DNA of 46,100 nucleotides, taken from contig BLSG01000410.1 of NCBI GenBank assembly GCA_012862495.1, positions 429,654-475,753 of the forward strand. The letters are read 5' to 3'. Made by a program: the position numbers and the translations under genes. This DNA comes from Thraustochytrium aureum (Eukaryota). How positions within the stretch are numbered: position 1 is the stretch's first letter; the number at the start of each line of letters is the position of its first letter. Of the stretch, positions 1 to 12,549 are shown one piece after another. The notes beneath the pieces are model-generated. The model did no database searches. It was given only the letters and a program-made list of their open reading frames with translations, and was not told where the DNA came from.

Positions 1-152
1 TTTTTTTTTTGATTTGGTGGATTTCGTGGTTTTTGCCCCCTGCTGGCACCGGACGGCTCGGCCCGCCTGCAGAGGGCGGACGCCGCGCGGCAGTGGAGGC
101 GGGAGAGCGCGGGAGACGCGACGGCGGCGCGGCGCCGCCGCCGGCTCGCGCG

Positions 153-1083
153 ATGGCTGAGCGTGTAGCGTCCTCCATGTCCCGGGATGTGTCGCCGCCA
201 CCGCCGCCGCCGCCGCCTCCACCTGCTGGCGAGGCGGATAAGCAGGGCGCATTGGTGGCGGCGACTTCGGGCGAAGTGAAGGCCGTGTCGCAGACGGCGC
301 AGACGGGGCAGACAACATATACGCACGAGTCGGGGATCGTCATTCTTACGCAAAACGTGGTCTCCACAATGAACTGCCTCGTCCCGCTCAACCTTCTCCA
401 AATCGCAACGCAGACGCGCAACAGCGAGTACAATCCGCAGCGTTTCTCCGCCGTGGTGCTGCGTATCAGGCAGCCGAAGACGACGGCGCTCATCTTTGGC
501 TCGGGCAAGGTCGTAATTACCGGCGCAAAGAGCGTGCAAGACTCCACTCTGGCGGCGAGAAAGTTTGGCTGTAAGTTTTGTTTTCAAGCGCGGCGGCTCT
601 GCCGAAGGCTCGCCCCTGACGTTGAGCTCCTCGCTGCCGCAGCCATCATTCGCAAGGTGGGCAACAAGGCTGCCCAAACGCACGGCATTACCTCGCAAAA
701 CATCGTGTGTTCCTGCGACTGTCGGTTTGCAATCCGGCTCGAGGCGCTGGCGCTAGCGCACGGCAAGTTTAGCTCGTTTGAGCCAGAGCTGTTTCCGGGG
801 CTCATCTACCGCATGGTGAACCCGAAGATTGGTACGCGTGGCTTTGCTTTGGCTTGACTCTGCCCGCGCCCGGCGCGCTCGTCCTGCTAACCGCGCTGTC
901 CTGCAGTGTTACTCATTTTCGTTTCTGGCAAGGTGGTTATCACCGGGGCCAAGGACCAGGAGCACTCGTACCAGGCTTTTGAAAAGATCTACCCTGTAAG
1001 TATCGCTCTGGCTTGCAGGCCGGCACAACGGGTTCTGACCCAGCGCGCGTGCACAGGTACTCCTTGAATTCCGCAAGAACTAG
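153..1083 (+). CDS. TBP: TATA-box binding protein, 4 exons (153-570, 643-831, 907-995, 1057-1083)
   Basis: Both TBP repeats are present ([93 protein letters not shown]). GT-AG introns 571-642, 832-906 and 996-1056 each have a CTGAC/CTAAC branch point and restore a continuous frame. Confidence 0.96.
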
Positions 1084-1318
1084 TGTACCTCTTGGTGCTG
1101 ATTGTCGTGGCGCTTGTACGGAAGGACGAAACTAGATTCTCTCGCTCGAACGCCAACTTTTATCTCTAAAATGGACAGAGTCGCCAGAACAGAAACTTTT
1201 TTTGCGCAACACCGCGAGCATCTTTCTTGCTTTCGAAAGAAAGAAAGCAAACGGAATCAGCCCAAACTCAGATAGGACTCCAGACTGACGAACGTCCTTC
1301 GCGTCACACGAGCTCCGA

Positions 1319-1583
1319 CTATCGAGGGCTCCGGCTACGATCACGCCGCCTGTCGTCACCGCCCCGCGGGCGGTCTCGACTCCAGTCCCGCGACCGCCCG
1401 CCCGGCTCGCGCCTCCAGTTGCGATCGCGGTCACGGTCATAATCCCTTTCACGGCTCCTGGGCCGGCCCTTGTCCCTCCCACGGTCCCTGTCCCGAGTGC
1501 GATCCCTATCTCGGTCTCGGTCCCTATCTCGGTCTCGGTCCCGGTCCCGGTCCCGGTCTCGGCCTCGGTCTCTGTCTCGGTCC

Positions 1584-1615
<32 letters not shown>

Positions 1616-3418
1616 ATCGCGGTCTCGGTCTCGATCATGGCCGCCGCGAATTTCGTCCCGAGCGCGACCCTCGTCACGGTCGCGGTCGCGTCGGCGATCA
1701 GGGCTGCGGTCGCGGTCAGGGTCGCGTTCACGCCCAAGCGGGCGCTCAAGAGGCCTCGCACGGCCGGGCGAGCGCGAACGAGTGCGCCAGTCTCGGCCCC
1801 CGTCGCGGTCTGAACCTGGGCCTCGAGCGGATCGCTCTGCACGCGAGCGGTCGCGTTCAGGCGAAGGCAGTCGCGGGGGACCCCGGGAGGGCGAGTACGC
1901 GGTCCCACGCCGCGGCGACGCAGTGCGACGCCTTGATAGCTGTGACGGAGAGCGCGAAGGACGGCTGCGGCGCGGCGGCGACGGCGATCGTCGCGCGCGC
2001 CGCGGTGACTGGCTTCTCGGCGAGTACTTGCCTCCGCGGCCGACGGGCGACTGGGCTCTAGGCGAGTACATGCCTCCGCGAGCGGGCGGGGGCCGCCTCA
2101 TGGCCTCTCGGGCCGCGAGCGCCGGCGGCGGGCCACCGCGCCGCCCCTCCAGCCCACTTCTTTGGTCCCGTGCAGCTGGACTCGAGCCAGATCGCCAGCG
2201 GTCGAACGAGCCATCGCGTGGCGTGCCGCCGGTTTGTGGCGGCACCTGGGCAGATCCGGATTGGAGGAGCTTGCTTCCGGCAACCGTCGCGTTGGCAGCG
2301 AAGAGGTCCCTGCTTATGTTTGAGGGCTCGCCTTTGCGCGCCTTTTTGGTTTCCCACTCGTGGAGCGAGCCATGCGGGAGCTTCATTGGCTCGAGCTGGT
2401 CCGGGCGCGGGGCAGAGAGGAGGAACGGAGCCGCGAGCGCTTGTGCTGCGGTCCAGCGCGACACCGGATCTAGGCGCATCAGCTGTTGAATGAGGTCGCC
2501 CGCCTCCTTGTCCACATTCTCTTGCGCAAGGTACTTGGGCATGTTGCCTGGTGGCGGCTTTAGCATCCGGTTTTGGCGCGCGCCCGAGGAACCCACCGAA
2601 CCGGGGTCGCGGCGCAGTTGCTCCAGGAGCTTGGCTCCGGGGAGCCCCGAGACACGCGGCCAGTCGCTCTCGCTGGGGATCCCGCAGAGGTCAAAGATGC
2701 GTTTCAGTTGGTCATTGTCGCTCTTGCCCTGCAGCACGGGGCGGCCGGTGAGGAGCTCGACGAGGATGCAGCCCACGGACCAGATGTCCACCTTGTGGTT
2801 GTAGTTTTTGTCGCCGAGGAGCAACTCCGGGGGGCGGTACCAGAGTGTGATCACGTTGGTCGAGAAGCCGCGCTTCTCGCCATGCATTTGCATCGTCCGG
2901 GCCAGGCCAAAGTCGGTCACCTTGAGCACGTGGCCCGGCGAGATGAGAATGTTGCTGCACTTGATGTCGCGGTGGCACACGTTGTTGCTGTGCAGGTAGT
3001 CCAGCGCGCTCAGGAGCTGCTTCATGAAGCACTTGACCTCGTCGACGGTGAACTTGTACTGGATGTCGACCAATCCGCTCATGTCCAGCTCCATGTACTC
3101 GAAGATCAGGTACAGCGAGCCGTTGTCGCAGTACTGTCCGCCGGCTTTGGCCGAGGTGACCACCTCGATCATGTTGCTCAGGTTTTCGTGCTTGTACTTT
3201 TGCAGTATCCTGATCTCCCGCAGCGTCTGGCTCGGCACGCCGCTGCTGCGCTTCTTGTGGTTAAACTTTATCTTCTTGAGCGCCACCACGCGGTTCGTCT
3301 CCCTGTCGCGCCCTTCATACACCTTCCCATACGTGCCTTGCCCCACCTGCCTCACCTTCTTGTAGCACTGAATACTCCTCGCGCCCCACCCGACGGCCCC
3401 GCCATCAGCGCCCTCCAT
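1319..3418 (-). CDS. CDK9/CDK12/CDKC-type transcriptional cyclin-dependent kinase with C-terminal RS/RD-rich tail
   Basis: GQGTYG, VALKK, PSTAIRE-like PSQTLRE, HRDIKCSNIL, DFGLAR, STNVITLWYRPPELLLG. The WGARS motif just before the kinase domain is typical of CDKC/CDK12. First ATG at 3418. Confidence 0.88.
1490..1640. repeat. Coding hexamer repeat (GGTCTC/GGTCCC)n encoding poly-RD on the minus strand
   Basis: Tandem GGTCYC units inside the CDK tail. Confidence 0.9.
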
Positions 3419-4445
3419 CAGCCCATGCCGTGCGCCTCGACGAGGCCGGGCCCATACAGCAACCACCGCCGGCACCAGCACCAGCAGCCCCAGCAGCAAC
3501 AACCAACGGGAGTTGCTTGCGACCTTCTCGGAGGCCACGCAGACAGGCAGAAACGCGGAAAGACAGACAGAGCGCTCTGGAGCTACTCTACTGGAGCTAG
3601 AGCTCAGTGAGTACTCTCCCTGCAGACACGCTCGCAGGCCCTGTCGCCCGCTGCCCGTCTGCCCGCCCGCCCGCCCGCCCGTCTGCCGCCTGCTGAAGCA
3701 TCAACAGGGAATCGTTCTTTTTGTTCATTGCGCAGCTGTTCGCCCTGTTCCNNNNNNNNNNNNNNNNNNNNNNNNNNNNNNNNNNNNNNNNNNNNNNNNN
3801 NNNNNNNNNNNNNNNNNNNNNNNNNNNNNNNNNNNNNNNNNNNNNNNNNNNNNNNNNNNNNNNNNNNNNNNNNNNNNNNNNNNNNNNNNNNNNNNNNNNN
3901 NNNNNNNTAGGTTCTCCGTGTTCGTTTTGCTCGTTCCAATATTTACGAACAACGTGGAGAGCCTTTCTGTTGTTCGCATGATCTTTGCTTGTCTGTCGTT
4001 GTGGAAGCAAGCTCTCCTGAGATTTCTCTAGAGATTCAAGAGCACCCCGTTTTGATCGTTTTGTTCGTTCTTTTATTCACCAAAGCTCCCTTTGTTCCCC
4101 TTGTTCCAAAGGGATTCCTTTTGTTCTTTTATTCACTAAAGCTCCCTTTGTTCCAAGGAGATGCTAAACTACAAAAAACGAGGAGAAGAAAAAAAGATGG
4201 CGCGAGTTGGGTGCGGGTTGGGTGCGAGGACCTGGGCAAACAGACACCGATCGCGGGCGCCAGCGAGCTCGACCACCGCGGCGGCGCGCAAGGACTCTGC
4301 TCCCGGATGGGCTGCGTTCGCACTGCGTGATTACGGCTCGGCGCGCAAGCTCTGGCCCTCGGCGCGGCGATCTGCGAACCCTTCGCCCTCCTTCGACAGG
4401 GTCCTCGCACGAGTGAACTCCACCTGTGCTCTACGCTCTGCCGCC

Positions 4446-5689
4446 ATGGAGGGCGTGCATGGAGCAGCGCTCGTTGCGGTCGACGAGCTGACGGGTCGGC
4501 CGGCTCTCGCAGTGCAAGACGGCGGCCAAGGGCTCGCGTGGAGCGGCGGAGCCAGCGTTCAAGCCCGCGACTCGCAGTTTTACGTGCGGTGGGGCCGCGC
4601 GGACGACGTGCTGGTGAGGACCGCCGAGGACGGCCGCACCGAGATCGCCCTGAACCAAGAGCGCCCCACCCTGCTTCTCCTTCACGGGGCTGGACAGAGC
4701 TCACTCTCGTGGACGACGACAGTAATGAGTTTCCGCACGATCGAGTCCCGCTGCCTTCATGACCACATTAATGTGATTGCTTACGACGCGCGCGGACACG
4801 GGCAGACGAACGGCCCGGAAGAGCCCGAACGCCTCTGCAAGGACGAGCTCGTGAAGGACTGTCTTGGCCTGCTGCAGGCCTTGCACGGCGACAAGACGCG
4901 GCCGCTCGAGGTGTTTCTCGTGGGGCACAGCATGGGCGGCGCCATCGCGACGTGGGCCGCAACCGCGCTCGCCCAATCACCGTCGCAAGTCCCCGGCGTT
5001 GTCGTCAAGGGCCTGTTTCTGATGGACATCGTCGAGGAGACCGCGATGCGCGGCCTCGAGGGCACGCGGCGCTACCTCGAGCAGCGCCCGCGCGGGTTTG
5101 CAAGCGAGGAAGAGGCCGTCAAATGGGCTCTCGGCTCCGGAATGCTGCACCACCCCGAGTCGGCCCTTTACTCGGTGAGCGGCCAAGTCCGGCGCGCTTT
5201 GGGCGACAACACGGCCAAGGACCCATCCAAGGGCCAAAACGAACCCTGCGCGTTTGTTTGGCGAGCCGCGCTCGTGAGTGCTTTTCACAGTGGGCCGGGT
5301 GGTTCACAGGGCTCTCCGAAGCGTTCGTCAACCTCAAGCTGTTGAACAAGACCATCCTCCTCGCTGGCATGGACAGCTTGGACAAGACCATGATCGTGGG
5401 GCAAATGCAGGGTAAGTCTGAGTTCTAGTGACTGTGGTATTGCAAGGCGGCGCCCAGGCGCGGCAACTCACAGTGCGGGCCGTGACGTCGGTGCTCAGGC
5501 AAGTTCAAGCTCATCGTCTTTCCCGAGGTGCGCGTAGGCCACTTTGTGCACGAGGACGCGCCGGACCGCACCGCCGCCGCGCTCGACTTGTTCTGCCACA
5601 GGTCGTTCGCTCTGCCGGCGCACTTGCAACGAGCAAACGCGGCGCTTGCCACGAGCGCTGATGCGCTGCACATGCACGATGTAGCGTAG
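4446..5689 (+). CDS. PPME1: Protein phosphatase methylesterase 1 (PME-1), alpha/beta hydrolase; one intron 5412-5498; apparent 1-nt frameshift near 5275; start uncertain
   Basis: LLHGAGQSSLSW, YDARGHG, GHSMGG nucleophile, MDIVEETA, WAGWFTGLS, LLAGMDSLDKTMIVGQMQGKFKL, GHFVHEDAP are PME-1 signature motifs. The frame is open upstream to about 4161. Confidence 0.9.
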
Positions 5690-5719
5690 GCCGACGACGG
5701 CAGCGGCCACGTGCGCGCT

Positions 5720-8361
5720 TTACGACGTCTCAGGAGGGGCTGCCTCGAGCGCAAGGTGCCGATCAAGTGAAGCGAGCAGAGTGCCGATTCGCAGGTCCAT
5801 CTCGCGACTTTCCCGCTTGAGCCGTGCAAGGGCGCTGCGGACCACCTTTGGCTTGTCTACGTTGGAGAGCGCCGCAGAGCGCTCGGCAAGCTCCTGCGAG
5901 GCAACATCAAGCCGCTCGAGCGCCTCGTCGTACTCGGCCAACAGGGCCTCGACTCGCTCGCGCCGCTGTCGCGCAACGCCTTCGAGCTCGGGGAGAGGAC
6001 TAGTCGTGGCTGCGTACAAGTGGCAGGCCTCGGAAAACGCGTTGGAGAGGCGTTCTTGGCCCCGCACAATGCGCGCGATATCAGCGTCCAGCGCCCCGCC
6101 GAGCTTTGCCAGGTTCGCGGCGAGTCCGGGCTCGCTGTTCGCCGTGCTCGACGGGAGCGACAGCGCGTGGGCAGTATTGCGCGGGGCTCTTGCATGCAGC
6201 TGCAGCGCCTTGTGCCCCGCCGACAGCGTTTCCATTCTCCCCCGCCACGCGGCACTTGGATTTGCCGCCGCCGCAGGGCGTTGACGCGTAGATCCGAGCC
6301 GCGGGCGGACTCGTTCTGCTTCGTGCCTCCAGGCCTCTGCCAAGTCCTCAGAGGGGTTTCCAAGCACCGGGAGCAGGAGCGGCCCTCCGATCGCGCCAGT
6401 CGTGGCTTTTGAGCGACTCCTGTACGTCTGGTCGTCACGCTCGTCTCCGGAGTCCAAGGCGGTCGCTGCTCGCGCTTCTGTGTCGTCCTGGACAACACCC
6501 CCGGCGTCTTCATCGCTGTCGCTGCCCCCCCCGCTTTCCAGGCCCTCGAGTTCTGCAGCGAGGTCCTCCACTTGTTGAGCCTGGAGCTGCTCGAGGACCG
6601 TGTAGTCGGGCCGCTGAAAGCGGAAGCGCCGGCGCTCGAAGAGAGCCAGCTCCGCTAGCCACTGGACGCTCAGGCACACTGCGAGGCCAAAGCCGAACGT
6701 GAGTTGCGTTGGTGATATGCTGGCGACGCGGTTCGCAGGGAGACCAGCCTTTCTCATCGCGTCCAGAAGCGCGCCAGAGACTGCCAGCGGGCCTTGCATT
6801 TCATCCACGCACCACTGGTGGCCAGCTTGTTTCAGGAGCCAGCGACTGAGGTCAACGAATTCGGCGAACTGCCTCGCCCTGTTCGCCCCGGGGCCTGCGC
6901 CGGCTTGCTCGGGGTCCACCGCGAAGAGAACGGGGCAGCGCGCGGCGGAGGCCTTGCCAGAGTATCCAAGTAGTTTCAACAAGTCTGCCGTGTGCTCTGC
7001 GGCTACGAGGGCGTTGCCGCTGCCGCGCGTCTCGCTGTAGGCCGTGGGGGGCGGCGCTTGCTCGGTGGCGGGGGCAGCCACAGGGTCGTCTGGTTTTGGA
7101 TCGCGCCGTTCGCTTCCATGTCCTCTCAGACTGGAGCGTTTCCCTCTGTCTTGTGCTCTGCCCTCGTTTGCCCCCCGCTTGGAACCCTTGGTGCCGGGCT
7201 GGCCTTCGGCGGAGGCAGTAGCTGGCGGTGGCGGCGGCGTTCTTTTGTGGGGCCCTTGGTATTGGCCCTGGCGGTGGCAGGAGCAGCTGCGGCGCGTCCC
7301 TGTGAACGGCAAACATGGCCTGGGAGACTTGACAGACCTCGTCGATGGAGGGCCGCGAGCTCGGATCCACGGCTATCATCCTGTGCGTGAGGGCCAATAG
7401 GTCGGCCGAATAGCAGTCTTCCATCTGCGCGAAGGAACCCGAGGCGATTTTCGAGAATAGGGCAACGAGGCTGATGCCCTCCTCCTTGAACGGCGAGTGG
7501 AGCATAGCGAGCTCGTAGAGGATGCAGCCAAGAGACCAAATATCCGACTTCCAGTCGTACCCGTTGCTCTTGATGACCTCAGGCGCCATATAGAGCGGGG
7601 TCCCGACCTTGGAATAGGCTTCCAAGGTATCGTCGCTCAGGAAGCGGCCGAGACCAAGGTCGCCCACTTTGATCGCGCCGTCCGACATGAGAAATATGTT
7701 GGCTGGTTTTATGTCCCGGTGCAAGATGCGCTTCGAGTGCATGTGCTCTGCGCGACGCGACCAAAGCGACAACGGCCGTCAGCGCCACCGCCTCCCGCAA
7801 GCAATCAACGACCCGAGCCACCAACCCGGAACGCAACTTACGGATCGCGCGTGAGATTTCCGAAAAGTAGCGCCAGATCACCCCCTCGCTGAGCCGCGTG
7901 CAGCGCTCTCGAGCCTTTCTGATCTGCCGTTTGAGGTCCCCGGCGTTGGCCCATTCGAGCACAATGTTGAGCTGGTCGTCCTCCACGAACGCGTCGCGGT
8001 ACTGCACGATGTTTTCGTGGTCGAGGCTCTGGATCAGCCGCACCTCCTTGATGCATTTCGAGCGCTGCAATTCGTCCATGCTCTGAAACACAGAGACCTT
8101 TTTCAGCGCGCACTCCTCGCCAGTCTTGTTGAGTATGGCCTTGTACACCACAGAGAACTTGCCCTTGCCGACGGCCTGGCCGACATTGTAGTCTGCTAGG
8201 CACGTTCTGCTACCGCCCACGATCTGGTACGAACTTGGCGGCCGCGGCCCATCGTCTTGCTCGGCGTCTTCCTCAAGCGATGCGTCCGCGTACACGGCAT
8301 CCTTCCAATACTTGCCGCCGCTCGCATCGAGCCTCGGGTCTGCCTTGCCGCGCGCTTCCAT
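5720..8361 (-). CDS. NEK6/7-like kinase followed by IFT57-like domain (probable fusion; intron 7748-7841; +1 frameshift near 7250)
   Basis: Kinase: GKGKFSVVYK, ALKKV, CIKEVRLIQSLDHENIV, LEWANAGDL, HRDIKPANIF, GDLGLGR, YSKVGTPLYMAPE, GYDWKSDIWSLGC. Downstream frame: LLKLLGY, QFAEFVDLSRWL, WRHEAERVRPRL, RSALARLKRESREMDLRIG, resembling IFT57/HIPPI. Confidence 0.8.
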
Positions 8362-10132
8362 CAGCGGCCGCCGCACACCCTCGCGCCGCTGCAGCCCAAG
8401 CGGCGCCACGCGCCAGACATGGATATCGCACACGCACGCGCGCGCGCGAACGGCCAATCCGCCAGCACCACNNNNNNNNNNNNNNNNNNNNNNNNNNNNN
8501 NNNNNNNNNNNNNNNNNNNNNNNNNNNNNNNNNNNNNNNNNNNNNNNNNNNNNNNNNNNNNNNNNNNNNNNNNNNNNNNNNNNNNNNNNNNNNNNNNNNN
8601 NNNNNNNNNNNNNNNNNNNNNNNNNNNNNNNNNNNNNNNNNNNNNNNNNNNNNNNNNNNNNNNNNNNNNNNNNNNNNNNNNNNNNNNNNNNNNNNNNNNN
8701 NNNNNNNNNNNNNNNNNNNNNNNNNNNNNNNNNNNNNNNNNNNNNNNNNNNNNNNNNNNNNNNNNNNNNNNNNNNNNNNNNNNNNNNNNNNNNNNNNNNN
8801 NNNNNNNNCGCTCCGCGGCTATTTTCATTCGGCAAGCGCTCCGCCCGCCAACTCCAAACCAAGCGCTCTCAGGTTGGCCCGCCCGTGTCGACCGCCAGGG
8901 ATGCACCGTCAGAGCCGAGCCCACATGCGATGCATCGCACCAAGGCGGCGCGGCGTTCACCAGCGACGCAGAACGTTTCGCCCGGATCTTTGTTCGGCAG
9001 CCGCTTCAAGCGATTCGGCGCGCCGCGTCGGGGCGGCAAGTACTCGGGCAAATGCTGCCGATCGAGCGAGCAAGCGGGATGCTGGCCTTGCTGCGGGTCG
9101 ACGTCGCCCTTTTCGGCGATCCACCTCGCGTGGAGCGGGCCGCGCTCAGCATTCGTCGGACGAACGACCGGGAATTGCGACCTTCTGGAGCTGGGCCATC
9201 TTGAAAGCATTGCATCCCTCCGGGGCCGCTAACCTCTTCCGAGTCGACCGCAGGCCAGCGAATGTAGGCCAGTGAGAGCAGAGCGGTTGGTGGGCGCGAA
9301 CTGGACCCTGCGCTGCTGCGCCGTCATCCCGCGCGAGCGCCTGCGTCGTTGCGCTTGTGTGCCTGCGCAATGCCTGACTTCAAGATGAACCTGCTCGCTG
9401 AATTCCATTCAAGACCCCGGTGTGCCGCTGCCTCGTTTTGCACCTTGGTGTGCAAACCATCGACGACAAGAGACGGACAAGAGACGGAATGGGCCGAGCC
9501 GCAGCCTTCGCGCGGCATGCAGGCGCCGCGCAGTTCACCCGGCAAGCTCCTGTCGCCTCGACGCCCGCGGCAAGTAGCGCCGCAACAATCCGGCCAAGTC
9601 GCCCCGTGGGCAGGTGGGTTGTAAGAGAAGAATTGAAGGGTGCACGGTGCTGTGAGTTGACGCGAGTCTCCTCGCATGCAATGCATGCCCAGCCACAACA
9701 GCGCGGCGTCCACTTCAGCCACAGCACAGCGTACATTCAATCAGCTGCGCTCCAGTCCACCCTCCGTGCTCACTCCAGCGCACGGCACGGAGGGCGAGAG
9801 GTTCATCGCCATCTGCCAGGACGCCGAGGAGCAATGAAATGGAAAAGGCGGACAGAAAGAAATTCGCCATGTGGCGCGCCGAATGTGATACGTGCTCGAT
9901 TCTGCAACTCCACATCCGGGTTGGCGCGGCAGAGCTCGAACGCGGTACGTTACGGCGCACGCAGGAGCTGCTCTGGCGGTCCCGGCAGGCCTGACGACTG
10001 CGAGCTGCCTCGGTCCATTGGCTTTACAAGCCTGGCAGGCTTGCTGCGCGACGTGGACGAGCTGGCCCGCCTCGAAGACGCGAGCCACGACGAGTCCAGG
10101 TGGCGGTACGGACGGTGAACGCTGGTCTTTCG

Positions 10133-11819
10133 ATGGGCGCTGGCGGACAGGGCCCGAGGACGGAGCAGCAGCAGCAACGGAAGCAGCAGCAGCAGCAGCA
10201 GCAGATACGCGATGTGTTTGGCGTGCTTGCTGTGCCAGACCAGCATGACCTGTTCGAGGGACTCCATGACGCAAGAGCAGGCGACCGGGGGCGGGCTTGT
10301 TAGAGATGTGCTGTATGCGGGGAGCTTGTCCACAGAGGCGCTGTTCGAGGTGGCGCGCGCAGGGACGTATGCGTGGTTCGCGGTCGGCAGCGCAGTTGTG
10401 ACGCTGCAGGCCAAAGCGAGCAAGGCGGTCGGGCTCGCGCGCACCGCGAGCGCGCTTGAAACGATCGAGCGCGGGCTCGCCAAAGCGCACAAGGTAGCCA
10501 AGCGGACGCTAGACGCCACGGAGGACCTGGCCCGCGCCACGATACAGGCCGCCGACTCGGTCCTGGCGCGCGGCGGCAGCGAGCGCGGCGATGCCATTCG
10601 GCTCTTGTTCTCCGATCGCCACACCAAAGAAGCTCTGCTGTGCGTGACACGACTCCTTGGCGAGCTCGGGGTTGACCTGACGGTGCGCAACCCCCTCAAA
10701 CTCCTGCATGGAGCCAAGGCTCTGGCCGAGGCGCACAACCTCCACAAGGCGCAGAGGATAAAGGCCAACATGGAGAGGCACCAGTTCGCTTTTGTGCCGC
10801 GCATCGCCGACAAGACCCTCAACCAGTGGAAGACCTTCATGCACTTTGCTGTCGCCGCGTACGGGTACCAGGTCGTGCAGCTGATCGGCGTAATCCCGGG
10901 CGGCGTGGACCGGACCAAGGTTGTCGGCTTCCACGCCGGCATCGAGGCGCTCACTGGCGTGGTCCGCCAGGACGTGCTTCTCGCAGCCAAGGGGGGCGAG
11001 ATGTACCACCCCGGCCACTATGTTGCCCTCGACCGCGCCGGCAAGAACGTCGTGGTCGTTGTGCGCGGCACGATGAACGTCAAGGACGTCCTCGTTGACC
11101 TCGTCTGTGAGTCGGTCAAGATAGAGCTGCCGTACGAGGAGGACGCGGTCGACTGCGCAGGCCACGGCCTGCGCCTGCGCGAGGGCAAGGCCCACCGCGG
11201 GTTTCTCATCGCCGCTCTCCGCCTCGCAAAAGACCTCGAGGCTGTTGTCGCCGCGGCGCTAAAAGCCAACCCGGGTTTCAAGTTGGTGGTCACGGGCCAC
11301 AGCCTCGGGGCTGGGGTCGCAACCCTGCTTGCGCTGCTGTGGGCGCGCGACCGGCCGTTCGGCGAGGGCCTGTCGCTGCACGCCTACGCGTTTGGGGCGC
11401 CCTGTTCGCTCTGCCACGAGCTCTCGCAGGCGCCGTTCACGCGGCGGCACGTCACCTCTCTGGTTGTTGGCGACGACTTCGTGTCGCGACTCTCGTTTAG
11501 CACGGTGTCGGAAATCCAAAAGGCAATCGTGGCCTTTGCAAGTGCCAGCGAAGTAGTCGCTGAGGAGGACAAGGTGTCCATGTACAAGCGCCTGCCGCGC
11601 GACGCGCACGACAAAAAGCTCTTCAGCGCGGGCCGCGTCTGGCTGCTCGAGTCGCCCGAGTTCAACAACCACGCCTTTGAGATTGACCCGCGTGACCTGT
11701 TGCACACGCTGGAGCTCTCTTCGACATTTCTGCACCTGCACATGCCAGGCCGCTACCTCGCGGCCATTGAGTCGCTTTCCGTCGCGAGCTCGGCAGGCGC
11801 CAGCACCTGCGAGACCTGA
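10133..11819 (+). CDS. Class 3 lipase (DAG-lipase-like); N-terminus uncertain, probable +1 frameshift near 10288
   Basis: VVVVRGT, AHRGF, VTGHSLGAG nucleophile, YAFGAP, GDDFVSRLS, and C-terminal His in LHMPGRY. The main ORF is 10212-11819; the upstream ATG at 10133 lies in an adjacent frame. Confidence 0.85.
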
Positions 11820-12115
11820 CCGCGGCGCCGACTGTCGCTTATTTACTTTTCTAAAACTAACTATTTATCTGCAAGCGCCCCGCGTCGCGCAAGAGTCGAG
11901 CATCACATCGGCGACCGTTGAGGCGAAACAGTCCCAGCAAAGCCCGCACGCGAGCGCGGGTCGCGGAGGTGGGCGGCGGCGTCGTTCATGCGCCGATTCC
12001 CGCGTCTTTGGCCCATGCACGAGCGTGCACATGCTTGGGATTCTCATGGGCANNNNNNNNNNNNNNNNNNNNNNNNNNNNNNNNNNNNNNNNNNNNNNNN
12101 NNNNNNNNNNNNNNN

Positions 12116-12208
12116 NGTGAGCAATGTGGGAATTGTGAGCAATGTGGGCATCGTGGGCATCGTAAACTTCGTGGGCATTCTGAACTTCGTGGGCGCCGTG
12201 GGCGCCAT
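12116..12208. repeat. Degenerate 9/18-nt minisatellite (GTGGGCATC / GTGAGCAAT-type units) next to a gap
   Basis: gtgagcaat gtgggaatt gtgagcaat gtgggcatc gtgggcatc gtaaacttc gtgggcatt ctgaacttc gtgggcgcc gtgggcgcc. Confidence 0.8.
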
Positions 12209-12549
12209 CCCAGCCAGTTCCGAACGCGGGCGAGCGAACTATCGCTTTTCGCTTCATTCCCCAACGGACAAGCTACGTTGGGGTGTATTCAGCGAAGATC
12301 CTTGTGTACCCAATCCAAGACGGCATCGTGCATCCTTGATTTGTGCGAAACAATTGTGCTTTTTAATCGCCAAGTGCCCCCCCCAGGCTAGATGACCAAT
12401 TACGAGGCGGATGTGACGCTCGAACGCTGGCCAGTCGCGGATGCGGTGCGCGCCACGGAGCGCGAGCTGGCTGAGCGTCTCGATACAATCGGCGCCGATC
12501 TGTCGCTTCTGCTCCGAGCGTCTTCCTGGTCTGGTTGAGCGGGTCGGGG

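Noticed and set aside
1132..3610. Long antisense and alternate-frame ORFs over the CDK gene (also over the MAPK and CBP genes)
   Set aside because: Shadow ORFs expected from high GC3 and repeats; no recognisable motifs.
5274..5290. Possible 17-nt micro-intron GTGAGTGCTTTTCACAG in PME-1
   Set aside because: Adding one G gives VECFSQ, which matches the spacing expected between WR and WxGWF in PME-1, whereas splicing would delete six residues. Other introns here are 61-113 nt with branch points.
8809..10120. Short ORFs between the NEK and lipase genes
   Set aside because: No recognisable domain or consistent codon bias, so no call can be supported.
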